DNA of 64,000 bases from Trueperaceae bacterium (GTDB lineage: Bacteria; Deinococcota; Deinococci; Deinococcales; Trueperaceae): contig CBDCDZ010000004.1 of assembly GCA_965215565.1 (NCBI GenBank), positions 3,200,001 through 3,264,000 of the forward strand, written 5' to 3'. Of the stretch, positions 9,545 to 18,997 are shown piece by piece (positions within the stretch are counted from its first letter, which is position 1; each line of letters starts with the position of its first letter). The translations under genes and the position numbers were made by a program. Under the pieces are notes generated by a model. That model made no database searches. It saw only the letters and a list, made by a program, of their open reading frames with translations, and had not been told where the DNA came from.

Positions 9545-10327
9545 ATGACGCGCCCCATGCTCACCTTTTTAGGCTCCTCCGACTCGCAGGGCGTCCCCCG
9601 CTGGTGGTGCGACTGCTCGGTCTGCGTAGAGGCGAAGACGACGGGAAAGAACGCCCGAACGCGCCCCTCCGTCGTCATCAGGGGGAGCGAGACCATTCTG
9701 ATTGACGCCGCGCCCGAGTTGAGACTTCAATGCGCCAGAGAGAACCTCACCGCGTTTAACGCCGCGCTCATCACCCACGCGCACAATGACCATATCTTAG
9801 GTCTCGGTGACTTGGGCGATTGGGGACGCTGGACGAAAAAGCGGTGTCCAGTTTACGCGCCGGAAGAGGTGTTGCCGCGTTTGAAGGCGAGATTCGACTA
9901 CATGACAAGAGGTGCTTACTTAGAACATACGCCCTTCTTGGCGTTAGAAGTGGAAACGGAACGGACGTTTGCAGGGTACGAGGTCAGCGCTTTTAGGGTG
10001 CCGCACGGTTACAACGGGTTTTCCTACGCTTTTCGTTTCTCAAAGGGGCAAGCCCGCTGGGGCTACCTGCCCGACTGCTTGGGCTTACAAGATTTGGAGC
10101 CCTGGCGCAACTTAGACCTCTTGATTTTAGGGACGAGCTTCTACGAAGAGAACGCCCCGCTCGAGACGCGCAGCGTTTACGACGTGCGAGAGGCGCTAGA
10201 CCTTATCGGTGAGTTGAGTCCTAAACAGACCATCTTCACGCACTTAGGTCACGGTATCGATGTCAGGAAGCCCGCGCCGGAGGGCGCGCGCTACGCCTTC
10301 GACGGTCTGAGCGTTGCGCTTCCGTGA
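9545..10327 (+). CDS. PhnP-like metallo-beta-lactamase-fold hydrolase
   Basis: GVP..C.C.VC, THAHNDH, VPHG, THLGH motifs. Confidence 0.88.
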   Translation: MTRPMLTFLGSSDSQGVPRWWCDCSVCVEAKTTGKNARTRPSVVIRGSETILIDAAPELRLQCARENLTAFNAALITHAHNDHILGLGDLGDWGRWTKKRCPVYAPEEVLPRLKARFDYMTRGAYLEHTPFLALEVETERTFAGYEVSAFRVPHGYNGFSYAFRFSKGQARWGYLPDCLGLQDLEPWRNLDLLILGTSFYEENAPLETRSVYDVREALDLIGELSPKQTIFTHLGHGIDVRKPAPEGARYAFDGLSVALP

Positions 10328-11331
10328 ACTTACGCCTGGAAGGTCTCTCGAAGAGGTACGGTGATATCCAGGCGGTTGACGGGGTCTCTTTAGAGCTTCG
10401 TCCGGGCGAGACGTTGGCGCTTTTAGGTCCGTCGGGGTGCGGCAAAAGTACGCTGCTCAGGCTCATTGCTGGCTTAGAAGAGGTGGACGCGGGGCGCATC
10501 TTCTTGGGCGGCGAAGAGGTCACAGAGCGTTCACCGCAAAAACGCGGCTTCGGGATGGTCTTTCAAGATTACGCGCTCTTTCCGCACCTCAACGTGGAGA
10601 ACAACATCGCGTACGGCTTGGTTGAGAAGGGTTGGCCTCAAGAGGAGAGGCGAGAACGTGTGGACAACCTCTTGCACCTCGTCGGCTTAGGCGGGCTGAA
10701 CCGCCGCCGTGTAGAGGCGCTTTCGGGCGGACAACAGCAGCGCGTGGCGCTTGCGCGGGCGTTGGCACCTAAGCCTTCACTCCTCCTGCTGGACGAACCG
10801 CTTTCCAACCTCGACTTGGCGCTGCGCGAAGACCTCAAGGGGCAGCTCAAAGACCTCTTGAGTAACTTAGAATTGAGCGCCATCTACGTCACCCACGATC
10901 AAGACGAGGCGTTTACCTTAGCGGAGCGCGTCGCGGTGATGAGAGCGGGACGAATCTTACAGCTTGACGACGCGAAAACGCTCTACGCGCAGCCTCGTAC
11001 GGCGTGGACCGCGCAGTTTTTGGGGCATACGAACGTCTACGAATCGCTCGTCCACGAAGGGCTGAGGACGCTAGCGAATACCTCCCAGCCCTACATCCTC
11101 ATCCGCAGTGATTTGGTCTGCCTGGGCTCCGGCGAGATGAGCGCAGACCTCCTCAGCTACGCGCAAGTCGGCGCACTCCACCGCCTCGAGCTAGAGCTGC
11201 ACCCCTTCGGCTTGCGCTTTTTTTGGACCGGGTTCTCGAGAGAAGTCCCGGACGGGCTCGAGGTTGGAGGAACGCTCCAGCTCCACATCCCCGAACACGC
11301 CGTCGTCGGCTTAGACGGAGACAAGCAGTGA
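10324..11331 (+). CDS. thiQ: ABC ATP-binding protein, probable thiamine transporter ATPase
   Basis: GPSGCGKS, FQDYALFPH, LSGGQQQR, DEP; coupled to thiN. Confidence 0.75.
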   Translation: MNLRLEGLSKRYGDIQAVDGVSLELRPGETLALLGPSGCGKSTLLRLIAGLEEVDAGRIFLGGEEVTERSPQKRGFGMVFQDYALFPHLNVENNIAYGLVEKGWPQEERRERVDNLLHLVGLGGLNRRRVEALSGGQQQRVALARALAPKPSLLLLDEPLSNLDLALREDLKGQLKDLLSNLELSAIYVTHDQDEAFTLAERVAVMRAGRILQLDDAKTLYAQPRTAWTAQFLGHTNVYESLVHEGLRTLANTSQPYILIRSDLVCLGSGEMSADLLSYAQVGALHRLELELHPFGLRFFWTGFSREVPDGLEVGGTLQLHIPEHAVVGLDGDKQ

Positions 11332-11993
11332 AAGCGGTTGTTTTAGCGGGCGGCGACATCACCGTGACGGACGCGCTCAGAGACCTCTGCCGAGGTGCTG
11401 AACTCGTCGTCGCGGCAGATTCGGGCTTGCGGCACGCGGCGGCTTTAGGTGTCTCGCCGGACGTCGTTGTAGGTGACTTCGATTCGGTCACGGAAGAGGT
11501 GTTGGCTCAGTACCCCGACCTGCCGAGGGTGGCGCACCCCCCCGAAAAAGACCTGCTCGACTTGGAGCTTGCGCTCAGTCACGCGCGGGAGAGAGGCGCA
11601 ACGCGCTACCTCATCGTGGGCGGGCTCGGCGACCGCTTCGACCAGTCGCTCTCGGCTGTGCTGATCGCGGCAAGGTGGAAGCGTGAGGGTTATAACGTGT
11701 CGCTCCAATCGGGAGACCGCGCCGTTTACCTCTTGGCGGGGGCGGACGAGGTGAGGCTCGAGCTTCCCCCTAAGCAACGCTTCAGCCTGCTCAGCTTGAG
11801 CGAACAGTCAACGGTGAGTCTGGAGAATGCGGCGTATCTGCTCGAGAGGTATCCCCTCCCTTTCGGCGTCGGGCGGGGCGTGTCAAATGAGGTGGCGGAG
11901 ACTCCTTTGAAAGTTGAACTGCATAACGGATTGGCGCTGCTCATAGTGGAGAAGTTGAAAGCAACGAGCAATCCAGTCGAGCTGGTTATGTAA
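11328..11993 (+). CDS. thiN: Thiamine pyrophosphokinase
   Basis: AADSG, VGDFDS, EKD..D.ELA, GDRFD, GVSN motifs; GTG start overlaps thiQ stop. Confidence 0.9.
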   Translation: MKAVVLAGGDITVTDALRDLCRGAELVVAADSGLRHAAALGVSPDVVVGDFDSVTEEVLAQYPDLPRVAHPPEKDLLDLELALSHARERGATRYLIVGGLGDRFDQSLSAVLIAARWKREGYNVSLQSGDRAVYLLAGADEVRLELPPKQRFSLLSLSEQSTVSLENAAYLLERYPLPFGVGRGVSNEVAETPLKVELHNGLALLIVEKLKATSNPVELVM

Positions 11994-12072
11994 TCTTGCG
12001 AAGCAAACGAACGGTGAGCAATGAGCCTAAAGGTTTTCACTCGTTGCTTATTGCTCGGTACTCATCGCTGCT
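11961..12072. repeat. GAGCAAY heptamer inverted array with micro-inserts
   Basis: gcaacgagcaat...gagcaatgag opposed to ctcgttgcttattgctc. Confidence 0.75.
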
Positions 12073-13056
12073 TTACCACCTCTGATGCACCTGCTCGTAA
12101 GCATGTCGCTCGTAGACCTCTCTCGAGCGCGCCATCACCGCATCTGAAAGCGGGGCTAGCTCGGACGCCCTTGCGTTATCCTCGACCTGTTCGGGCTTTT
12201 TCGCGCCGGGAATCGCGCAGCTTACGGCGTCGTGCATCAAAATCCAGCGGAGGGCGAACTGAGGCATGGTGGCGTTTTCGGGCGCGAGGTCTTGGAGAGC
12301 GTTCACCGCCTGGAGTCCCGTCTCGAAATCCAGCCCCGCGAAGGTCTCGCCTCTGTCAAACGCTGACCCGTCGCGGTTGAAGTTGCGGTGGTCATCCTCT
12401 TCGAAGTTCGTTTTTTCGCTCATCTTGCCTGTTAAAAGCCCGCTCGCAAGGGGGACGCGCACTAAAATCCCGACGTTTTTCTCCTGCGCTTCTCTAAAAA
12501 ACAGTTCAGCCGGGCGCTGCCGAAAGAGGTTGAAGATGATCTGCACGGTGGATAAGCCGGTGTACTCGAGTGCCTTCAAGCCCTCCTCCACCTTCTCCAC
12601 CGACACGCCGTAATGCTTAATTTTTCCCTCGCGCTTCATGTCCTCTAAAACTCCGAAGACCTCGGGTTGGTAGAAGACTTTTGTCGGCGGACAATGGAGC
12701 TGGACGACGTCTAAAGCGTCCGTATCCAGATTCTTCAAGCTCCTATCTACGAAAGCGTTCAAATTCTCGCGGTTATAGCCCTCGGCGGTGTGGGGGTCTA
12801 AGCGCCTGCCCGCTTTGGTGGGGATGTAGAGCGTCTCGTCGCGCTCACGCCTGAGCTTGGCGAGGAGCCGTTCGCTGCGCCCGTCGCCGTAGACATCCGC
12901 CGTGTCGAAGAGGTTGATGCCCTCGTCTACGGCTTTATGCAAAGCGCGCATAGAATCCTCGTCGCTCACCTTGCCCCAGGAGCCGCCTATCGCCCACGCG
13001 CCGAAACTCACCTCGGAGACCCTCCAGCCCGTCTTACCTAATGTCCGGTAATTCAC
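12073..13056 (-). CDS. Aldo/keto reductase
   Basis: DTADVYG.G.SE, QLH, IPGAK motifs; GTG 13056 follows GGAGG. Confidence 0.9.
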   Translation of the reverse strand: MNYRTLGKTGWRVSEVSFGAWAIGGSWGKVSDEDSMRALHKAVDEGINLFDTADVYGDGRSERLLAKLRRERDETLYIPTKAGRRLDPHTAEGYNRENLNAFVDRSLKNLDTDALDVVQLHCPPTKVFYQPEVFGVLEDMKREGKIKHYGVSVEKVEEGLKALEYTGLSTVQIIFNLFRQRPAELFFREAQEKNVGILVRVPLASGLLTGKMSEKTNFEEDDHRNFNRDGSAFDRGETFAGLDFETGLQAVNALQDLAPENATMPQFALRWILMHDAVSCAIPGAKKPEQVEDNARASELAPLSDAVMARSREVYERHAYEQVHQRW

Positions 13057-13386
13057 GTTGCCCTCCCTCACTTCTCTTTAACGCGCAGCTTACCGCGCCT
13101 TTGAGGGTCTCTTTTGTGAGACGGCCCTAAGTTACGGTGAGCCTCGAAGGCCGCTTTGCGAGATTTTTGACAGTGGTGAGTCACAAGAGAAGAGGGCGCG
13201 GCTATCTGACATAGCGAAGCGGCGAGGGTGGCGTACACTTGGGAATGTTACTATCCAGCGTTATGAAGCGATTTTTCTCGAGGGGTGGCGCGTTAAAAAC
13301 GTGAACAGTTTAGGCAATCTCACCGTGACCGGACAGGGTCTCTTTCCGTATCCCCCTGCGCCTCCTCTATTCATCAGGCGTCTCCG

Positions 13387-14358
13387 ATGACGTCCTCCGT
13401 CGTCATTCGCGGCACGGGCGCGTACGTTCCCGAGAAGCGCCTCACCAACGCCGACCTAGAGCGCATGGTGGACACCTCCGACGAGTGGATTACGACGCGC
13501 ACGGGCATCTCCGAGCGGCGCATCGCCGCGCCGGAGGAGGCCACTTCGGACATGGCGCAGCGCGCGGCGTGCGCCGCGCTGCAAGACGCGGGCATAAACG
13601 CCGCCGACATCGACCTCATCGTCGTCGGCACCTCTACGCCCGACCACCACTTCCCCTCGGTAGCGTGCAAGCTCCAAGCGAGCATCGGCTGCACCAAAGC
13701 GGCTGCCTTCGACGTGAACGCGGCGTGCGCGGGTTTCATCTCGGCCTTGCAGGTAGCCGAGCAGTTCATCCGGGCAGGCAGCGCCGAACACGTGTTGGTA
13801 GTCGGCGCGGACACCATGTCGCGCATTTTGGACTACACGGACCGCGCCACGAGCATCCTCTTCGGCGACGGTGCGGGTGCGTTCGTGCTCTCTAAGGGCG
13901 AGAGGGGCGAGGGCGGCATCCTCAGTTCGGCTACCTACGCCGACGGCACCTACTACGACAAGCTGTACGTCTGTGGCGGCGGCTGCACATCGGACGGGCA
14001 AGAGGCTAGAGCAAAGATCACTATGAACGGCAGGGCCATCTTTCAACTCGCGGTGCGGGCGATGGTGAGCGCCACCGAAGAGGTGCTCGCCAAGGCGGGC
14101 GTGTCCGTCGGCGAGGTGGACTGGATAGTGCCGCATCAGGCGAACCAGCGCATCACGGACGCGGTGGCGAAGGGGCTCTGTGTCTCTTTAGAAAAGGTCA
14201 TCAGCACCATCAAAGACTTTGGCAACAACTCCGCCGCCACCGTCCCTTTGGCGATGGACATTGCCATCAAAGACGGACGCATCCAGCGCGGCGACAAGGT
14301 TATTTTGACGGCGTTTGGTGGCGGGTTGTCGTGGGGGTCGGTGCTGCTCAGTTACTAA
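13387..14358 (+). CDS. fabh: 3-oxoacyl-ACP synthase III
   Basis: DTSDEWI..RTGI, AACAGF, FGDGAGA, PHQAN, GNNSAA (Cys-His-Asn triad). Confidence 0.93.
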   Translation: MTSSVVIRGTGAYVPEKRLTNADLERMVDTSDEWITTRTGISERRIAAPEEATSDMAQRAACAALQDAGINAADIDLIVVGTSTPDHHFPSVACKLQASIGCTKAAAFDVNAACAGFISALQVAEQFIRAGSAEHVLVVGADTMSRILDYTDRATSILFGDGAGAFVLSKGERGEGGILSSATYADGTYYDKLYVCGGGCTSDGQEARAKITMNGRAIFQLAVRAMVSATEEVLAKAGVSVGEVDWIVPHQANQRITDAVAKGLCVSLEKVISTIKDFGNNSAATVPLAMDIAIKDGRIQRGDKVILTAFGGGLSWGSVLLSY

Positions 14359-14423
14359 GAAGCCATGAGAAACGAGCAATCCAGTCGAGCTGGACGAACG
14401 GTGAGTGAAAGACTTTGGACTCA

Positions 14424-14540
14424 GGTAGTGGCTCTATCTGGAATAGTACGGGTGTCCAAGCAAGGGGTTTCAACCCCTTGCTACGCCACACGGAGACGGC
14501 AGAAGGAGCGCGCGGCAGCATTCGACTTAGAACCACTACC
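14424..14540. mobile_element. Second MITE-like element with 13 bp terminal inverted repeats
   Basis: ggtagtggctcta (14424) ... tagaaccactacc (14540), one mismatch; contains palindrome caaggggtttcaaccccttg. Confidence 0.55.
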
Positions 14541-14570
14541 GACTTCAGACTCATTGCTCATTGCTTCTTT

Positions 14571-14754
14571 TAGCAGGTATCATCTGGTCAGAAACACTAT
14601 CACTTTTTAGAACATCGTTTCCTTCGGAAAACTGCGTAAGCAGCACGCACATTCTGAGATGAAATCCCGCAACGGCAGGGCGGCCTGCCCGTAACGCTAG
14701 TCCTTACGGACAGAGATCTGCGCTCATCCGTCTCAGTGTGGTTTGGAACTGCTA
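14571..14754 (+). mobile_element. MITE-like family copy A
   Basis: tagcaggtatcatctgg...ggaactgcta; about 70 bp identical to copy B; TTT on both flanks. Confidence 0.85.
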
Positions 14755-14755
14755 T

Positions 14756-15079
14756 TTATAAAACTGCCTGCAACGTCCACAGCGCCACCATGCCCGCCAC
14801 AATGGTCCAGATAATGCTCTTGCTGTAAAACGCCACGACGCCCGCGAAAAGTCCCGCTAACAGCTTCTCGTTGGTGAGGGTGAGCACTAAGTCTCCCTCA
14901 CGGAAGACGAGCGCGGGCACGACGATAGCGGAGAGCACGGCTGCGGGTACGAAGCGGAGCGCCCGCTGAACGAGGGGCGGCATCGCCAAGCGCCCCGCTA
15001 GCGCGATGAACGACGCGCGGAGCGCGAAAGTGATGAGCCCCATCAGAAGAATCGTCAGCCAGAGCGTTGGGGTGCTCAT
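14756..15079 (-). CDS. azlD: AzlD-family transporter small subunit
   Basis: ITFALRASF, FVPAAVLSAIV; ATG 15079 overlaps azlC stop. Confidence 0.85.
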   Translation of the reverse strand: MSTPTLWLTILLMGLITFALRASFIALAGRLAMPPLVQRALRFVPAAVLSAIVVPALVFREGDLVLTLTNEKLLAGLFAGVVAFYSKSIIWTIVAGMVALWTLQAVL

Positions 15080-15783
15080 GGGCGCGCCTCTTCGGTCTCT
15101 GCCGCTTTCACCGTCTCGACTAGCACGCCGACTCCGATGCCGACGAGCGCCGCGACGATGAGCGCCAGGTTGAAGGGCAAAGGGTCCGCGACGACGACGG
15201 TGACGCCCGCTGCGAGTGCCGCCGCCGCCGAAGCGCGGTCTGTTACAGCAGGAATGATGAGCACCATAAAGATGAGGGGGATGGCGAACTCCAAAGACCA
15301 CCCCTCGGGCACCTGCGCGCCGACGAACACGCCGATGATCGTGGAGATCATCCAGACGGCCCAGATAGGCGCAGCGACGCCCAGGTAAAAGAGGTTTTTG
15401 TAGGGCATGTCGGGCTCATCGGTGAAGCGGTTGACGCCAAAGGCGTACGCCTGATCCGTCATGAGGTACGCCATCAAGCCCTTCCAGGGTGCCGAAAAGC
15501 GCTCGAGAAAGGGCGCAATTGAGGCGCTGTACATCACGAAGCGCAGGTTGATAAACAAGGTAGTCATCAAAATAACAAAGACGGGCGAGCCCGACGCGAT
15601 GAGTTGCAAGCCCGCGAGCTGCGACGCGCCCGCGAAAACGATGGCGGAGAGCATCACGGCGGGCAGCTCGCTCAGCCCGACGCTCACCGCGCTCACCCCC
15701 GCGACGAGCCCAAAGGGAACGACGCCCAACATGACGGGTAAGCCTGTCTGAACGCCGGAGAGAAAGGTAGCTCTGGGGGTCAC
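15076..15783 (-). CDS. azlC: AzlC-family branched-chain amino acid exporter
   Basis: FAGASQ, INLRF, TDQAYA motifs. Confidence 0.9.
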   Translation of the reverse strand: MTPRATFLSGVQTGLPVMLGVVPFGLVAGVSAVSVGLSELPAVMLSAIVFAGASQLAGLQLIASGSPVFVILMTTLFINLRFVMYSASIAPFLERFSAPWKGLMAYLMTDQAYAFGVNRFTDEPDMPYKNLFYLGVAAPIWAVWMISTIIGVFVGAQVPEGWSLEFAIPLIFMVLIIPAVTDRASAAAALAAGVTVVVADPLPFNLALIVAALVGIGVGVLVETVKAAETEEARP

Positions 15784-15845
15784 GCCCTACCTTACGTCAC
15801 CTCAACCGTTTCTGAGTTCGTTTGGAATGCAAAACAGATTAACTC

Positions 15846-15936
15846 GTAGAGGCGGGTTTCAAACCCGCCCCCGCCATGTCGAGAAATTTCTTGTATCAGT
15901 GCGCCTGTGTAGGGGTGATTCATGAATCTTCCCTAC
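15846..15936. repeat. Pair of GTAG-type REP-like palindromes
   Basis: gtagaggcgggtttcaaacccgccc and gtaggggtgattcatgaatcttccctac. Confidence 0.75.
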
Positions 15937-15963
15937 TTCTTCAGAATGTGGCGAAAAGTGGCG

Positions 15964-16707
15964 TCAGGCTTGCTCGGTGGGCAGAATTAGAATCTCGTTG
16001 ACATTGACGCGGCTCGGGCTCGCTACCGCGTAGAGGATGGATTGGGCGATGTCTTCGGACTCGAGCATCGTCATGTTCATCATCCCCTTCATGCCCTCCA
16101 AGGCGTCCTCATCGGTGATGTGCTCCGTCAGCTCGGTCTCGACTGCGCCCGGCTCGATGCTCGTCACGCGGATGTGCTTGTTCGGCGCAAGCTCCTGGCG
16201 CAACCCTTCTGAAAAGGCGGTCACGGCAAACTTCGTCGCGCAGTAGACCGCGCCCGACTGCATCACTTTGCGGCCCGCCACGGACGAGATATTGACGATA
16301 TGTCCGCCCTCTTGCTCCATCATGGTGGGCAGCGCCGCCGCTGTCGCAAACATGAGCCCTTTGACGTTCACGTCCACCATCTGCTCCCACTCGTCGAGCT
16401 TGAGCTTCTCGACGAAGGAGAGCAGCATGACGCCCGCGTTGTTGACTAAGATGTCCACACTGCCAAAGGCGTCTTTGGCTTGTTGAATGAGGTTTTGCGT
16501 GTCCTCGCGCTTGGTGACGTCGGTCTCAACGACGAGCGCTTTGCCGCCGTTACCTTCGAGCTCGCTCTTGAGGTCTTCTAGGCGCTCCTTGCGCCGCGCT
16601 GCGAGCACGACGGCTGCGCCTTCGTTCGCCAACACCCTCGCCGTCGCCTCGCCGATGCCGCTCGAGGCTCCCGTAATCACCGCAACTTTGTTGTCTAAGC
16701 TTCCCAT
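15964..16707 (-). CDS. SDR-family oxidoreductase
   Basis: TGASSGIG, NNAG, YCATK; ATG 16707 follows AGGAG. Confidence 0.92.
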   Translation of the reverse strand: MGSLDNKVAVITGASSGIGEATARVLANEGAAVVLAARRKERLEDLKSELEGNGGKALVVETDVTKREDTQNLIQQAKDAFGSVDILVNNAGVMLLSFVEKLKLDEWEQMVDVNVKGLMFATAAALPTMMEQEGGHIVNISSVAGRKVMQSGAVYCATKFAVTAFSEGLRQELAPNKHIRVTSIEPGAVETELTEHITDEDALEGMKGMMNMTMLESEDIAQSILYAVASPSRVNVNEILILPTEQA

Positions 16708-16945
16708 GTTTGCTCCTCGCCCATATTCGTGAGTGTCGTTGCGCCGCCTCGTTCGTAAGGCGAAGCGGCGCACATTCGTGGTGGTAAGGTTGAACGCCTG
16801 TCAGGATAAATCTTGCGAATCCTGCGCAAGCGTCCTGCTCTCGGTGCGCTCTTCGTCGTCCGAATGACAATAAAGCGCCACGAGTACCTCCGCTGAGCCT
16901 AGCAAGAGAGTCGAAAAGGAACGTTGTGCTGTCTTCCAAACCATA

Positions 16946-16993
16946 GGGCGAGCCAAGAGGTCGACGTGAGCGTGGCAACCTCTTGGCTCGTCC
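16946..16993. terminator. Stable hairpin, possible terminator
   Basis: gggcgagccaagagg...cctcttggctcgtcc. Confidence 0.45.
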
Positions 16994-17031
16994 TTGCTGT
17001 GCCAGTCTAAAGTATGTCGATCTGAACGGTG

Positions 17032-17406
17032 TCAGTTTGAGGTGTTAGGAGAAACCTCTTCCGTATCCACAGCGGGTGTAGGCGTTTCCGAAACTGTCAC
17101 GTAGCGCGCCTCGTCCGCGTAGATAAAGCCCTGCAAGCGGGCGAGTTGCTCGCGGTAGGCGGGGTCGTTCTTGTGGGCGATGACGTTCTCTAGGTTCGTA
17201 GACTCACGTTCTAGCGCCGCGATATCGCGCTCCAAGCGGGCGACTTCGCGCTCTGTGTAAACGCTCCGGCTTATCTCCAAGGTGAGCATCGCGAGCGCGT
17301 GAATGCAGCCGACGACGGCGATGACTAGAAATAGGCTCGAGCCCTTGTCGGGTACCCTTTTGCCCTCTTTAGACTCTTTACGCTTGCGCCCTAAAGACCG
17401 AATCAT
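17032..17406 (-). CDS. Septum formation initiator (FtsB/DivIC-like) protein
   Basis: Single TM, coiled coil, DPAYREQLARLQGFI.ADE. Confidence 0.7.
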   Translation of the reverse strand: MIRSLGRKRKESKEGKRVPDKGSSLFLVIAVVGCIHALAMLTLEISRSVYTEREVARLERDIAALERESTNLENVIAHKNDPAYREQLARLQGFIYADEARYVTVSETPTPAVDTEEVSPNTSN

Positions 17407-17430
17407 AGTTTCCCCCCGCCCCTATACAGT

Positions 17431-18423
17431 CTACACATGAATGGTTCCTTGCAGCGCGAGGGCTTCTTTGAGAAAGCGGGCGGCGTCTTCGGGCGGCGTC
17501 GGGTTGATATAAAACCCGCTGCCCCAGTCGAAGCCTGCTTGCGCGGTGAGGCGCGGCAAGATTTCGATGTGCCAGTGGTAGCTCTCAGACTGCACGGGCA
17601 GCGCGTGCAAAATCATGTTATAGGGCGGAAAGTTGAGTGCCGTATTCATAGCGCTTAGCACCGATTGTAACAGGTCTGCCAAAAGAGGCAACGTATTGCT
17701 CGGCAACGTTGCAAAAGACGCGCTGTGGGCGCGGGGCAAGAGCCACACCTCGAAGGGCGTCTTCGAGGCGTAGGGCGCGAGTGCGACGAAGTGCGGGTTT
17801 GAGCTGATGAGGCGGCTCCGCTCGGTGCACTCCGCCCCGATCACGTCGCAAAAGAGGCAGCGCCCGTGCGCCCCGAAGTGGCGCGACGCGGCGGCGCATT
17901 CTTCGTCCACCCAGCGGTTGGTGACGGGCAGCGCCAGGAGCTGCGCGTGCGGGTGGTCGTACGCCGCGCCCGCCGAGCGCCCCACGTTGCGCGAGAGCTG
18001 CACGTGCTTGATACCGGGCTTCTGCGAGAGGAGCCCTATCCTGTCCCTGTAGAGTTTCAAGAGGTCGACGAGGTGCGCTTGCGACATGCCTTCTAAACGC
18101 ATGTCGTGTTGCGGATGCTCGGTGATGAGTTCTTGGTAGCCCACGCCCGAGGCGTAAGCGAAAAGGTCGTTCCCGCCCGTCCGAAATGCTCCTGGCGAGA
18201 GGAGCGCGGCGGGGTTTTCGGACACCCTCGCCTGCCAGGACGCACCGGCGCTCACTAGCGAGGGACTTAGCGTCCTTATCTCCTTCCCTCTTTCGTGACC
18301 GGGACAGAGCGCGCAGGGCGCGGGGGAATGCTTAGCGCTGCCGAAGTCCGAGGGCAAGAGCCCGCGCTCCGGGGAGATGATAACCCAGGCGGAGCCGAAG
18401 GGGTCTTTGCGAAACTGCGGCAT
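17431..18423 (-). CDS. galT: Galactose-1-phosphate uridylyltransferase family protein
   Basis: C.LCPG, HPHAQ catalytic motif, CLFCD, YHWHIEILPR. Confidence 0.85.
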   Translation of the reverse strand: MPQFRKDPFGSAWVIISPERGLLPSDFGSAKHSPAPCALCPGHERGKEIRTLSPSLVSAGASWQARVSENPAALLSPGAFRTGGNDLFAYASGVGYQELITEHPQHDMRLEGMSQAHLVDLLKLYRDRIGLLSQKPGIKHVQLSRNVGRSAGAAYDHPHAQLLALPVTNRWVDEECAAASRHFGAHGRCLFCDVIGAECTERSRLISSNPHFVALAPYASKTPFEVWLLPRAHSASFATLPSNTLPLLADLLQSVLSAMNTALNFPPYNMILHALPVQSESYHWHIEILPRLTAQAGFDWGSGFYINPTPPEDAARFLKEALALQGTIHV

Positions 18424-18537
18424 AGCGTGAGTGTAGCAACCTCGCTGCGCGAGAGGCGTGAGGTTTCCGCTACGTTATATCGGCGTGTGAAACTCGCTGA
18501 GGATTGGTGACGAGGTGAACGTGCCGAAAGGAGAATA

Positions 18538-18697
18538 TAGTCAAGTCTCAGGCGGAGCCTAGCGGAACTTCATTTGGTTTGAAACGCAACCACTTTATTA
18601 AGCAGTGTTGCTAGGCAGCAAACTTGCGTAACTGGCAAGCGCATTCGAGAATGAAATCCCGCTAGTTCTTCGAACTGAGGCTTGCGCCATTCCGATC
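18538..18697 (+). mobile_element. MITE-like family copy E with three micro-inserts, right end degenerate
   Basis: Closely matches reverse complement of copy F (caagtctcaggcggagcctagc.gaacttcatttggtttga). Confidence 0.75.
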
Positions 18698-18701
18698 AGT
18701 A

Positions 18702-18818
18702 TAGCAGGTATCATCTGGTTTGAGACACGCCCACTAGATAAAACGACGTCTAGCGCGCACATTCGATGATAATACCTGCGCTCATCCGTCTCAGTCTCAG
18801 TATGTCTTGGAACTGCTA
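18702..18818 (+). mobile_element. MITE-like family copy C (insert-free core)
   Basis: tagcaggtatcatctgg...gataatacctgcgctcatccgtctcag...ggaactgcta; AGTA on both flanks. Confidence 0.85.
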
Positions 18819-18997
18819 AGTACTTATGTCAACTGCTGCATGGAAGGGAGAATTCTGCCTTCTGTATTCTCTTCTTATTCCGAGATTTGAACGGCGTTGC
18901 GGCGCGCTCAATTCGCCTGCGCCCTCTTGAATGACTCCATATGTCCACGCCCTCTAAAACGACATGGACATATTCGCCCCTATGGTTAGATTGATGG

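Noticed and set aside
16801..16944. 47-aa minus-strand ORF (MVWKTAQRSF...)
   Set aside because: No clear ribosome-binding site or adjacent -10 box and no recognisable motif
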